DNA from: Nitrospirota bacterium
Lineage (GTDB): Bacteria; Nitrospirota; UBA9217
DNA length: 64,000 nucleotides
Direction of reading: 5' to 3'
Assembly: GCA_963741205.1 (NCBI GenBank)
Contig: CAVUHW010000012.1
Coordinates: 64,001 to 128,000 of the forward strand
Below are positions 45,849 through 56,317 of the stretch, in pieces (the stretch's first letter is position 1; every line of letters begins with the position of its first letter). A model generated the notes under the pieces. It made no database searches. It saw only the letters and a program-made list of their open reading frames with translations, and was not told the origin of the DNA. Made by a program: the position numbers and the translations under genes.

Positions 45849-47882
45849 TTACTCCCTGCACGCGATCGACGGAAGCGTGATCGTGAAGGTCGCGCCCTTG
45901 CCGGGCTCGCTCTGCGACGTCGATGGCGCCGCGGTGCTCTTCCACGATCTTGTGGCAGATCGTAAGGCCGAGGCCGGTGCCTTCGCCGACGGGTTTCGTC
46001 GTGAAGAAGGGATCGAAGATCTTGCCGATCAGGTCGGCGGGGATCCCCGTCCCCCGTGTCCTTGACGGACAGCCGGATCCGGTTCGGGCATCCGGCAAGT
46101 CCCGGTCCCTGCAGCGCGTCGTCCTGGTCGGTCTTGATGAAGATGCTCCCTCCCTCGGGCGTGAAGTAGATGGCGTTCAGGAGGAGGTTCATCAAAAGCT
46201 GCCTGAGGCTCCCCGCGTCGGCATAGATCTTGGGGACCTCCCGGTTCAGGTCCAGCGAGAGGGTGTGCTTGAGCCGCGCGGTCCGGTGCTTAAGCAGGAG
46301 GAGCACTTCCTTGATGAGCTCGTTGATATCGATTTCGCGGAACGTGCCTGCCGAGGGCCGGGCGAACTCGAGCAGGCTTTTCAAGATCCCCTTGCACCGG
46401 AAGATCTCGCTGTGGATCGTCTTCAAGATATTCCGGGAAATCCTCGAACTCACTGATCCCGGTCAGGGCCGCATCGTCCGCCCGGTCGAGGAGTGCCTCG
46501 GAGTAGCCGGCGATGATACCGAGCGGGTTGTTGATCTCATGGGCGATGCCGGCGACGAGCGTGCCCAGGGAGGCGAGCTTGTCCGTGCGGATGAGCTGCT
46601 GCTCGATGCGTTTCTGGGCCGTCACGTCCTTCAGGTAGTGGACGATGGCGTAGAGCCTGCCGTCTTCATCGATAAGCGGATAGGCCCAGAAATGGAAGAT
46701 GCCGCCGCTGCCGTTTTTCAGCTCTTGAAACGACGGCCTCTTGCACGACAGGGTCTCCGAGCACAGGCATCCTCCGGTTACGGTGATGCCGATTTTGTCG
46801 AGGAGCTCCGCGCAGAGCTTGTTCGCGATCTCCGTCTTGGAATAGCCCGTCCGGGACAGGAGTGCATGGTTCGCGCGGATCACCCGCTGCCTGCCGTCCT
46901 CGATCCAGACCATGTCGGTGATCGCATCGAAGGTCCGCTCCCACTCTTTCTTCTCCGTCGAGATCTCCTCGAAGAGAAGCGCGTTCTCAAGGGCCACGGC
47001 GATGTGCTTGGCCACGGGGAGCAGGATCTCAAGGTCCTTTTCCGAATACTCCGACGGCCCGGCGCTGTCGAAGTTAAAGACGCCCAGCATGCGGTCATGG
47101 AACAGGGGAATGCTGATGGTCGAACGAATGCCCTCAGCAAGGAGCTTCCTGTCCAGCGGGAAGGGTGTTTCCCGGAGATCGCCGCTGATCCAGGGTTTGT
47201 TGTTCCGGACCACCCAGCCGGCGCTCGTGCCCTCGATCGGCGCCCTGACCCCCTTTTTCATCACCGTCTTCATTTCCGTGTCCAGGGCGAAGATCAGGAG
47301 GTTGTCGTCCTTTTCGTTATACAGGAGCAGGCTCGCCCTGCTGTAGTCGATGATCTTCCGGAGTTCGGACACGACCATGCGGAAGATGGTCCCGATACTG
47401 AGGCTGGAGTTTATGATGCTGCTTAGCTCGTTGATCAGCTCGCCCTGCGCGGTTGCGTCCCGCTGGAGGCCGGAAGCGGTATCGACGCCCGCAGCCTTCT
47501 GGACGACGGCGTCTTTGACCACGATAATCATCCGGTCGGGCCGCTGGCCGCTGTTGGGAATGACAGCGATCTGCGACGCGAGCGGGCTGCTGTTCTTGCG
47601 GAAACAGAAGGCGCGCAGGGATGCTGAAGACCCGCCTTCCGCGGCCGCGTCGAATACAGCGTGGGTACCCGCGTCTTCGCGCTCCCGAAGGATGCTGTCG
47701 AGGGTTATGAAATTTTCGAGTTTCCGGCCGATGACATCGGCGCGTCGGCATTCGAAGAAGGCGGGCACCATGTCGTTGCAGGAAAGAATGGTCCACTGCG
47801 AGTTGACGACGAAGGCCGGCATGGAAAGGACATCGAGCGTTCTGAGCACTTCTGCGCTGTCCTTATCGATCATGATTTTCAT
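45849..47882 (-). CDS. PAS-GAF-PAS sensor histidine kinase (frameshifted)
   Basis: AHEINNPL H-box, [19 protein letters not shown] and GTGLGL. Confidence 0.92.
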
Positions 47883-48015
47883 ACAGTGTTATAATAACAT
47901 ACCGTGGATACCCCATCAACAGCAAAAGGGATAGCGATTGCGGATTGCGGCATCGCTTGACATGGGCTGCGGCTCAGACTAATATTGGCCAATATCATTT
48001 GCAGGGAGCTGAGGC

Positions 48016-48966
48016 TTGAAAATCAGGATCGGACATCTTTCCACCTTTTACCATACGGCAATACTCTTGATGGCCAAGGGCGACACGGACGCGCGGCTGG
48101 GCGCGGGGATCGAGTGGAGGCTCATGGGAACGGGGCCGGCGATCATGAAGGCCTTCGAGCAGGGGGAGCTCGACCTGGCATATATCGGGCTTCCGCCGGC
48201 GATCATCGGCATGGACCGGGGAATCGACGTCGTTTGCGTTGCCGGCGGCCACGTGGAAGGCACGGTCATGGCCGGGAAGTCGCCGTGGAAAGGTCATCCC
48301 GATGTGGGGGACCTGGGGACCGTGTTGCGGCAGTTCCGGGGCCTGAAGATAGGCGTGCCCGGCAAAGGGTCCATCCATGATGTCATTCTGAAGGCCTGCA
48401 TCGAACAGGAAGGTCTTACAGGGGAAATAGAGATTATGAACTATCCCTGGGCGGACCTGGTACTCGAAGCGGTGGTGCACGACGAGGTATCCGCGGCAAT
48501 CGGCACGCCGGCCCTTGCCGTCGCCATCAAGAGATTCGCAGGGGGTAAGGTGCTTTGGCCGGCTGCCGGATTCTGGCCGAACAACCCAAGCTACGGGATC
48601 GTGGCGGACAGGGGTTTTCTGGCGCGGGAGACGAAAGCGGTGGAGCGGTTTCTTCGGCTTCATGAAGAAGCGACGGCGTTTATCAGGGGCCGGACGCGTG
48701 AGGCGGCAAGGCAAATAGCAGAGTTCGTCGCGGTCGTAGATGAGGATTTCGTGCTGGACACGCTCATGGTCTCGCCGAAGTACTGCGCCCAGCTTACGGA
48801 AGATTATATTGTTGCGACGATGAGGTTCGTGCCGGTTTTAAAGAAGATGGGATATATCAAGTCGGACGTCACCCGCGAAAGGATATTTTCTCCCGGACTC
48901 ATCCGGAAAGTCCATCCCGGGAAGGACCATTACAGCGACGGGATCGCTTCTCCGCTTCAAAGCTAA
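48016..48966 (+). CDS. ABC-type substrate-binding-like protein (SsuA/NrtA/THI5 class)
   Basis: GELDLAYIGLPP and IGVPGKGSIHD; no permease or ATPase gene adjacent. Confidence 0.75.
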   Translation: MKIRIGHLSTFYHTAILLMAKGDTDARLGAGIEWRLMGTGPAIMKAFEQGELDLAYIGLPPAIIGMDRGIDVVCVAGGHVEGTVMAGKSPWKGHPDVGDLGTVLRQFRGLKIGVPGKGSIHDVILKACIEQEGLTGEIEIMNYPWADLVLEAVVHDEVSAAIGTPALAVAIKRFAGGKVLWPAAGFWPNNPSYGIVADRGFLARETKAVERFLRLHEEATAFIRGRTREAARQIAEFVAVVDEDFVLDTLMVSPKYCAQLTEDYIVATMRFVPVLKKMGYIKSDVTRERIFSPGLIRKVHPGKDHYSDGIASPLQS

Positions 48967-48991
48967 TCGGTCTTATAATCAACGTTGATCG

Positions 48992-49315
48992 TCATTTTTC
49001 TTTGATCTCGCCGTTTGCCGCTTTCCACGCGGCAATGCCGCCTTCAATGTAACGGGCCTGCATCTTCTTGTCCAGGAGTCGGTCGAGCACCTTATTGCTG
49101 ACCGACCCGCCGCGGACGCAGTAGATCACGACGTCTTTATCAGGCGGGAGTTCCCTGCTCCACTCGTCAACTTTGTCCGGATCCCGCCACACAGCGCCGG
49201 GGAGCGTATCCTTGTCCGCGTCGTAATCCGATTTACGCCGGACATCGAGAAGCATGATGTCCTTGCGTGAGGCTATCTGTACTTTCAAGTCTTCCGGTTT
49301 GATCGTTCGTTCCAC
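48992..49315 (-). CDS. Single-domain rhodanese (GlpE-like)
   Basis: LLDVRR, VVIYCVRG and IEGGIAAW. Confidence 0.85.
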   Translation of the reverse strand: MERTIKPEDLKVQIASRKDIMLLDVRRKSDYDADKDTLPGAVWRDPDKVDEWSRELPPDKDVVIYCVRGGSVSNKVLDRLLDKKMQARYIEGGIAAWKAANGEIKEK

Positions 49316-49333
49316 GGCGTCCTCCCCTCTTTG

Positions 49334-49639
49334 CTAATCAACGTGATAATCAACGACCGCCCTTCGCTCCCGCGCCTTGGCGATGAACTCGGCGACCTTC
49401 AGGTGTTCGGGGTGCTTCTGATAGAGCTCGAGGTCCTGTGCTGTATTGAACTCGGAATACAGCACAACATCGTACGAGGCGTCGGAAGGAATGTCGTTGA
49501 TGCCGACCTCGATATGACGGATTTGCGGGATTTTCGTTTTCAGGGCTTCGAGATCGTGCTTCATTTTTTTTACATTCTGAAGCCGGCTTCCGCATTCGGA
49601 AACCTCCTTCAGCTTCCACATCACGATATGTTTGATCAT
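49334..49639 (-). CDS. Dabb (stress-responsive alpha/beta barrel) protein
   Basis: MIKHIVMWKLK..YQKHPEH..VDY. Confidence 0.88.
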   Translation of the reverse strand: MIKHIVMWKLKEVSECGSRLQNVKKMKHDLEALKTKIPQIRHIEVGINDIPSDASYDVVLYSEFNTAQDLELYQKHPEHLKVAEFIAKARERRAVVDYHVD

Positions 49640-49813
49640 CTTGCCTCTCCTCTCGAGGGACGCTGCTTGGATTGATTCGTGAGATTTATTTCAGTTGCTC
49701 TCCGATACGATTCTTTGTATTATAAAACCGTTTAACGGCATAGGGGCGCCGGGCATTCGGGTTTTTCCAATCATACACGGATAGCGTACAAAGCACAAGA
49801 GGGACAGGGCCGG

Positions 49814-50560
49814 ATGATAAGACGAATACTGCTCGTGTTTTCCTGTTTGGTCTTCATGGCCGGTTGTGCATCAAAGAAGACGCATGTGGAAAATACACCG
49901 GATGCCTCGCGTCCTGCGGCCAGGCCAGGGCAGAAGCCTTATACCGTCTTGGGTAAACGGTACGAGCCCCTCGCCTCCCATGAGGGCTTCGTGCAGAACG
50001 GAGTCGCCAGCTGGTACGGAAAGGATTTTCACGGGAAGAAAACGAGCAGCGGCGAGGTGTACGATATGAACGCCATGACCGCCGCCCACAAGACGCTTCC
50101 TCTCGGCGTCTACGTGAACGTGAGAAATGCCGAGAACGGCCGCGAAGCCGTTCTGCGCATCAATGACCGGGGACCCTTTGTGAAGGACCGGGTTATCGAT
50201 CTGTCTTACGCCGCAGCGAAAAAGCTGGGCGTTGACATGGCCGGGACCGCGCGGGTCAGGATCGAGGCATTAGGATACCGTGAAAGCGGCTCGGAGCAGT
50301 ACAGGTCGGTCGACAGCTACGACGCCGGCATGTATACGGTCCAGGTCGGCTCGTTTAAGGACCAGGGCAATGCAGAACGGCTGTCTTCGCTCATGCTAAG
50401 GCAGTCCGGATTTTCCAGGGTTAGCAAGGCGATTGTGAACGGCGAGGTCTTCTACCGCGTATTTGCGGGGAAATACACCTCTTTGAGGGCGGCTGAGAAG
50501 GCGGAGGCGGAATTTATCGAGAACGGCTATCCGGGGAGTTTTACGGTGGCACTGGAGTAA
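49814..50560 (+). CDS. rlpA: Septal ring lytic transglycosylase RlpA (SPOR domain)
   Basis: Lipobox MAGC, GVASWYG, TAAHKTLP, INDRGPF and VQVGSF. Confidence 0.93.
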   Translation: MIRRILLVFSCLVFMAGCASKKTHVENTPDASRPAARPGQKPYTVLGKRYEPLASHEGFVQNGVASWYGKDFHGKKTSSGEVYDMNAMTAAHKTLPLGVYVNVRNAENGREAVLRINDRGPFVKDRVIDLSYAAAKKLGVDMAGTARVRIEALGYRESGSEQYRSVDSYDAGMYTVQVGSFKDQGNAERLSSLMLRQSGFSRVSKAIVNGEVFYRVFAGKYTSLRAAEKAEAEFIENGYPGSFTVALE

Positions 50561-50596
50561 GGACCACATAAGGACTGAGTCATAGTAAGAGCGCAT

Positions 50597-50631
50597 AAAA
50601 AAGGAGTCAACATGAAACCGTTGACTCCTTT
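50597..50631. terminator. Bidirectional terminator between convergent genes
   Basis: AAAAAAGGAGTCAAC-loop-GTTGACTCCTTT. Confidence 0.7.
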
Positions 50632-50692
50632 GTCATTAATACGGTTCCCATCCGGAGGTTCCGGATGGGAACCAATCAGTGCCGTGCTCTCA

Positions 50693-53264
50693 TCATGGTA
50701 CCGTAAGCGTCGTGGTGCCGCTGATGCCGACGCCAACACCTTTCTTCACGCTGGCCTTTATAGTAGCGGTGCCGGTGCTCACACCTTTCGCAAGTCCCTT
50801 ATTCTTTTTAGGAACATTGATGATCGTCGCGACGGCAGTATTTGAAGAGGTCCAGGTCAGATTCACGGAGGTGGTCAAATCCTGCGTGAGTCCACCGCTA
50901 AAGGTGCCGGTTGCCTTGAACTGCAGGGTCTTCCCGACGGCAACACTGCGGGTTGGCCGGTGTTATTGCAATACCCGTCAGCGCAGCCGATGATACGGTG
51001 AGCGCGGTCGTTCCAGTTTAGACACCCCGGCAATAGTAACGGTGGCGCTAATGGTGGTCGAGCCGGCCCTGATGGGTGTCACCAGGCCATTGGAACCGGA
51101 AGCGTTACTGATGGACGCAATGGTCTTATTTGAAGACTTCCAGGTCACCTGGGTGGTCAGGTCCTGAGGATGTATGATACCATCCGAAAAGGTTCCCGTT
51201 GCCGTGAATTGCTGGGATGCCCCGAGGAAAATTGTTGCAGTGCCGGGCGTGATCGTGATGGATGTCAGGGTAGCATTTGTTACGGTGAGAGTCACCGGAA
51301 TGGCGTTTACTGTTCCCAATGCCGCTGTTATGCTGGTTGTCCCGGCCCCGACAGATGTCGCCAGCCCCCTGGTGCTACCTGCATTGCTGATTGTCGCAAC
51401 CGGGCCGTTTGATGAATTCCAGGCCACGAATGCGGTGATATCCTGGGAAGTGCCGTCGGAATAGGTTCCGGTCGCGGTAAACTGCAGTGTAGTTCCCTGG
51501 GCGATTGTAGGACGTGACGGACGTGATCGTGATGGATGCCAGCGTTGCCGAAGTTACGGTGAGCTTCGAAGTTCCCGAAATGCCTCCGAACGACGCCGTA
51601 ATGGTCGTCTGACCCGGGGCAACGGGGGTGGCCAGTCCGTTGGAACCCGATGCATTGCTGACCGAGGCAACCGCCGTATCCGATGAGCTCCAGGTCACCA
51701 GAGGCGTCAGGTCCTGCACGGAACCATCCGAAAAATTCCCGCTCGCCGAAAACTGCTGGGTCAGCCCCATCGGGATGCTCGGATCGGTCGGCGCAACATC
51801 AATCGAAACCAGCACTGCCGAATCCACCGTAAGATCGGTGCTGCCAGAAACGCCACTCAGTAAAGCGGAGATCGTAGTCAGTCCCGCTCCAACGGAGGTA
51901 GCCAGTCCCTGGGAGCCGGTGTATTGCTGACTGTGGCAACAGCGGTATTCGACGAACTCCAGACCACATCCGCAGTCAGGTCCTCCGTGGTATTGTCCGA
52001 GAAAGTCCCCGTGGCAATGAACTGCTGGGGGGTCCCCAAGGCAATAGTCGGAATAGCAGGAGTAATGTCGATGGCTTGCAAGAGTTGCCGATGTCACGGT
52101 AAGAGTGGTGCTGCCGGATATCTCCCAACAGCGTTGCGGTAATGGTGGTCGAACCGGCTGCTACGGACGAGGCCAGGCCATTGGAGCCGGCGGCATTGCT
52201 GACAGCGGCAACGGCGGCATTTGACGAGCTCCAGGTCGCTTGCGTTGTCAGGTCCTGGACGGTATTGTCCGAGAAGGTTCCTGTTGCCGTAAACTGCTGG
52301 CTCCTGCCGAGCGCTAGACTCGGGTTGGGCGGCGTTACCCCGATCGATACCAGTGTGGCCGAGGTTACCGTAAGCGTGGTACTGCCTGAGATGGTTCCCG
52401 ACGTTGCCGTGACAATGAGCCGAACCAGCAGCGGCGGATGTGGCCAGGCCATTTGAACCGGCGGTGTTGCTGACAGAGGCAACGGCGGTATCTGACGAAC
52501 TCCAGGTAACGGAGGCGGTAACGTCTTGTCTGGTATTGTCCGAAAAGATCCCGGTTGCCGTAAACTGCTTCGTCGTGCCAGAGCGCGATACTCGGGTTGG
52601 TCGGCGTTACCTCGATCGATACCAGTGCGGCCGAGGTTACCGTAAGTGTGGTTTGGCCTGAGACAGTTCCCGTTGTTGCCGTGATAAGGGCCGAACCAGG
52701 GGCGACGGATGTGGCCAGGCCGTTTGAGCCGGCAGTGTTGCTGACGGCGGCAACAGCGGCATCTGACGAAGTCCAGGTGACGGAGGTGGTAAGGTCTTGT
52801 CTGGTATTGTCCGAAAAAATGCCGGTGGCCGTCAACTGCTTCGTCGTACCAAACGCGATACTCGGGTTGGCCGGAGTTACCTCGATCGAGTCCAGTGTGG
52901 CCGATGTTACCGTAAGAGTGGCCCTGCCGGAGATAGCTCCCGACGTTGCCCTGATAAGGGTTGAACCAACGGCGAGGGATGTGGACAGGCCGTTGGAGCC
53001 GGCGGCGTTGCTGACATCGGCAATGGTGGCATCTGCCGCACTCCAGGTGACGGAGGCGGTAAGGTCTTGTCTGGTATTATCCGAAAAAATCCCGGTGGCC
53101 GTCAACTGCTGTGTCGTGCCAAGCGCGATACTCGGGTTGGCTGGAGTTACCTCGATAGCGGCAAGACCTGTTGGAGAACTGCCACCGCCACCACAGCTAA
53201 CCAGCAAACTCAATAACAGAACCCCGCACATCAGGCGGACAAACATATTCAATGAAATTTTCAT
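50693..53264 (-). CDS. Surface lipoprotein with about nine tandem Big_2 Ig-like repeats (frameshifted)
   Basis: Lipobox LVSC then ~90-aa repeats (I.VTP....G...Q..ATG.FSD...DLT..V.W.SS..VA.VSN..GS.GLA) at ~270 bp spacing. Confidence 0.88.
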
Positions 53265-53632
53265 AGCAAGCCTCCTCTTTTTTTCTGAGCGCCCCATTAC
53301 CGCCAACCGTACTTAGGAACGATTATAAGCATTTTTTCGACGCATGTCAACAAAAAAATGTCAAAACATAAAAAAATGTTCAACAGGGAGCGGTGAGACT
53401 GCTTGGAAGCAATCAGCAGACTTCGACGCGAGAACCGCCTTCTCAGCATTCCATTTCGCCCGGGCCGGCCTACTGCCCATTTGTTCAAAAAATGAATTTT
53501 TTTGTTGATTGCTTCGGCGAATTATGAAATAATTTAGTCTAATTTGTCACACTGCAGTATCTTTATATACCGTCGCAATTACAATTGTTGTCCTGGAAAC
53601 GCGTGTTGGTGAGAATTATTCTCAAAGAGAAA

Positions 53633-54460
53633 ATGATGAAATCAGTAAGATGGAGTAGTCTGACCGTCATGTTATCCCTGGGTATGGGGATATTGGTGTT
53701 TCTGGTTTATTCAAGCACTGCGCTGGCCCAGACTACCTCCCGTTATACTAAAGAAGAGTGTAGGCGGTGTCATGCCAAGCGAGTGATTGACATTGCAGTA
53801 GCTGGAGGGGGACACAGCAGCGTCCCCTGCTTAGACTGCCATGCCGGTCATCCGCCGGAAGTGCCGAAGGCAATTGCACCGTGCAGTAACTGCCATTTGA
53901 AGAGAAAGAATGAACATTTCGGAGCCACAGGCTGCCTTACCTGTCACATGAATCCGCACAGACCCCTGGATATGTCATTCAAGGGCGCGAAAACAGACGA
54001 CTGTCTCCCCTGCCACTTTTTGCAGGGTTCGCAACTCAGTGAAAATTTAAGCAAGCATTCCGCCCTCGAATGCTCAACCTGTCATGATGTCCACCGCAAA
54101 TTCCCGCAGTGCACCCAGTGCCACAAACCGCACTCGGGAAAGATTGTCGGCAACTGCAGGCTATGCCACAACAATGCCCACATGCCAAAGCTTGCGGCCT
54201 TTCCTGACGCCGTGCCTTCAAACGACTGCAGCTCGTGCCACAAGAAGGCAGCCGACCTCATCAGCGCCACTACGTCAAGGCACAAGTCCTTCGCGTGCGC
54301 GCGCTGCCACCAGGGCAAGCACAATATGATACCGGCCTGCCAGGACTGCCACGGGACGCCTCATCCCGAGGCCTTTATGGTAAAGTTCCCTGAATGCGGA
54401 GATTGCCACTACATCGCTCATGATTTGAATAACTGGCCTGCGACGGCGTCTTCGAATTAA
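53633..54460 (+). CDS. Dodecaheme c-type cytochrome
   Basis: Signal peptide and twelve CxxCH motifs in about 245 aa of mature protein. Confidence 0.88.
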   Translation: MMKSVRWSSLTVMLSLGMGILVFLVYSSTALAQTTSRYTKEECRRCHAKRVIDIAVAGGGHSSVPCLDCHAGHPPEVPKAIAPCSNCHLKRKNEHFGATGCLTCHMNPHRPLDMSFKGAKTDDCLPCHFLQGSQLSENLSKHSALECSTCHDVHRKFPQCTQCHKPHSGKIVGNCRLCHNNAHMPKLAAFPDAVPSNDCSSCHKKAADLISATTSRHKSFACARCHQGKHNMIPACQDCHGTPHPEAFMVKFPECGDCHYIAHDLNNWPATASSN

Positions 54461-54510
54461 AAGGAACAAACGTCGAAGAAGAAACAGGCTATTACCATCA
54501 CCAAACTCCG

Positions 54511-54543
54511 AAGGGCCTGTGATTTCACAGGTCCCTTTCTTTG
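54511..54543 (+). terminator. Intrinsic terminator
   Basis: AGGGCCTGTGA-loop-CACAGGTCCCT followed by TTCTTT. Confidence 0.6.
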
Positions 54544-54691
54544 AAACCTGTACTATCCAGGCAGTTGGATTCTATTGTGCTTGACACCCTCTTGACCCCC
54601 TCCCGAACTGTACGCCTAACGCGAACTGCACAATTACTGCACAATAAACAGAAAAGGAGTCAGCCAATGTTGGCTAACCCCTTGATTTACA

Positions 54692-54739
54692 TGGTGGGAG
54701 ATGCTGGGTTTGAACCAGCGACCCCTGCCGTGTGAAGGC
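54692..54739 (-). repeat. att site: duplicate of the 3' 48 nt of tRNA-Val
   Basis: Matches 56016-56063 with one mismatch. Confidence 0.92.
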
Positions 54740-54953
54740 GTCCTATAAGGCCAGAGAAATTTTCCGGCCTTTTCCTTTTCTTGCTTTTATTTACGTTTAG
54801 GATAATTTGCTGAATAAGCCGCTTTCCCTATTTTCCGCCAGATTCCGATCTCTACTTCACAATTCACTTCACAATGATACAAGGCACATAATAATGCCCG
54901 GAACAATCTCATAAAATCGAAATGGAGTCACACTTTTTTGCGAGCGTCTCGAT

Positions 54954-55181
54954 TTACATTGCGTGCGACGTTGGGTTCGAACCAGCAATCTTTGTCGTGT
55001 GAAGCCGTGTGTGCATGCTGACAAAAGTATTCTCCTTTAGCCCCTCATGTTTGATATTAAGGGAGGGTCTGAACTGATCAATTTTTTCATCTGCCTCCTT
55101 GGCTATCCACAAGCATGACACCAGAAAAACGATGTAAATGCAACCGCAGGATAAAAGTATTGTCCATAAAATCCAGCTCAT
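54954..55181 (-). CDS. Small hypothetical membrane protein
   Basis: GGAGG ribosome-binding site and one N-terminal TM helix. Confidence 0.45.
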   Translation of the reverse strand: MSWILWTILLSCGCIYIVFLVSCLWIAKEADEKIDQFRPSLNIKHEGLKENTFVSMHTRLHTTKIAGSNPTSHAM

Positions 55182-55336
55182 GGCCCTAATACCTCCGCTG
55201 TAAGGATTGACTACATCGAAGCTCCTGACGTGTGAAAGTCCTCCTCCGCTACATGGCTAGCGTTTTCCTTTTCATTAAAGACAACAGCGGTATATCTACT
55301 TTGAAAATCCAGCAAGAAAAGCAGTCCTTAAAGAAA

Positions 55337-55528
55337 TCACGATTTTTTCAGCCCAATTTTATTTAGTTCTTCTGGTATGGCTTTTGCTAAAATCAGTCTT
55401 ATGATTTCGCTTTCAGAGCGATTAGAATAAATGCCATCATTATCCTGCAACTTCTTAATCATCCCTTTCAGGTCACCATCTTTGTCCTTGTCATAATAGG
55501 CAGAAATTTTTTCTGTTTTCTTAGCCAT
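55337..55528 (-). CDS. Small ribbon-helix-helix/CopG-like protein
   Basis: 63 aa, KISAY beta strand followed by RSESEIIRLIL helix. Confidence 0.5.
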   Translation of the reverse strand: MAKKTEKISAYYDKDKDGDLKGMIKKLQDNDGIYSNRSESEIIRLILAKAIPEELNKIGLKKS

Positions 55529-55686
55529 AAACTATTTTTGAGATAGGAACCTCCGCTATATTGATTTATATTAGACTATATTAGTTCGTTTCGAATTGTA
55601 CCGTAGTATTCCTTTATAGAGTAGTCTAATCTAAACTGTGGGTTTTTGTCAAGACAAAAAGTAAAATTAGAATAATTTCATGGTTT

Positions 55687-55992
55687 GTGTTTTCGGGTAA
55701 GGCACGCACCAAGATCATTACCAGAAATCTTCTCAGAGCGCGCTATTCAGCACGCAAAACCGCAAAGCCTGCAGGTATCTGTTTCCATGATCTCCGGTTT
55801 ACTTTCGCAACCAGGCTTGTGCAATCCGGTATTGATCTTTATGTGGTAAAAGAGCTTCTCGGACATAAGACCATTACCATGAAAATGCGGTATGCACACC
55901 ACTTCCCCGAATCTCTCAGACGTGGTGTCGAGGTTTTGGATACTTGGGGGGGCACAAAAAGGGGCACAGTCAATAAAAAAGAGCTACGGTAA
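55687..55992 (+). pseudogene. Tyrosine integrase C-terminal fragment
   Basis: FHDLRFTFATRL..LLGH....MRYAH; N-terminal domains missing. Confidence 0.85.
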
Positions 55993-56015
55993 AGACCGTA
56001 ACTCTTTGATTAACA

Positions 56016-56090
56016 TGGTGGGCGATGCTGGGTTTGAACCAGCGACCCCTGCCGTGTGAAGGCAGTGCTCTCCCGCTGAGCTAATCGCCC
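56016..56090 (-). tRNA. tRNA-Val (anticodon CAC)
   Basis: GGGCGATTAGCTCAGCGGGAGAGCACTGCCTTCACACGGCAGGGGTCGCTGGTTCAAACCCAGCATCGCCCACCA folds as a cloverleaf with encoded CCA. Confidence 0.97.
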
Positions 56091-56198
56091 GAAGCGATTA
56101 TTTTTTAACACAGGCAGCGTTGGTTAGTCAAGTTAAATCTGCCATTTCCAAGGAGCCGGGTCGCATCAGGTGGTCCGCCTTATGACTTTCTCTCAGAT

Positions 56199-56279
56199 GT
56201 CCTTCCCGAGGATTTTATTGGGAATCCGGTTTTTGAATGTGAGTAAACCATATCCCCGATAGAATCATTCGGGGATGAC
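56199..56279. repeat. REP/dRS3-like bipartite palindromic repeat, copy 2
   Basis: GTCCTTCCCGAGG..GGGAATCC...ATCCCCGATAGAATCATTCGGGGATGAC. Confidence 0.7.
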
Positions 56280-56317
56280 ATGAAAAAACGCTGTAGACAA
56301 GACCAACATAATTCTGG

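Larger units (their letters stand above)
54692..56063. mobile_element. Degenerate tRNA-integrated island remnant
   Basis: AT-rich interior, direct repeats of the tRNA 3' half at both ends, integrase fragment inside. Confidence 0.8.

Noticed and set aside
50693-53264. CRISPR array or DGR repeats
   Set aside because: The repeats are ~270-bp coding Ig domains with no spacer structure, and no cas or reverse transcriptase genes are present.
54692-54739. Second functional tRNA-Val
   Set aside because: Only the 3' half is present; the D-arm and 5' acceptor strand are missing.
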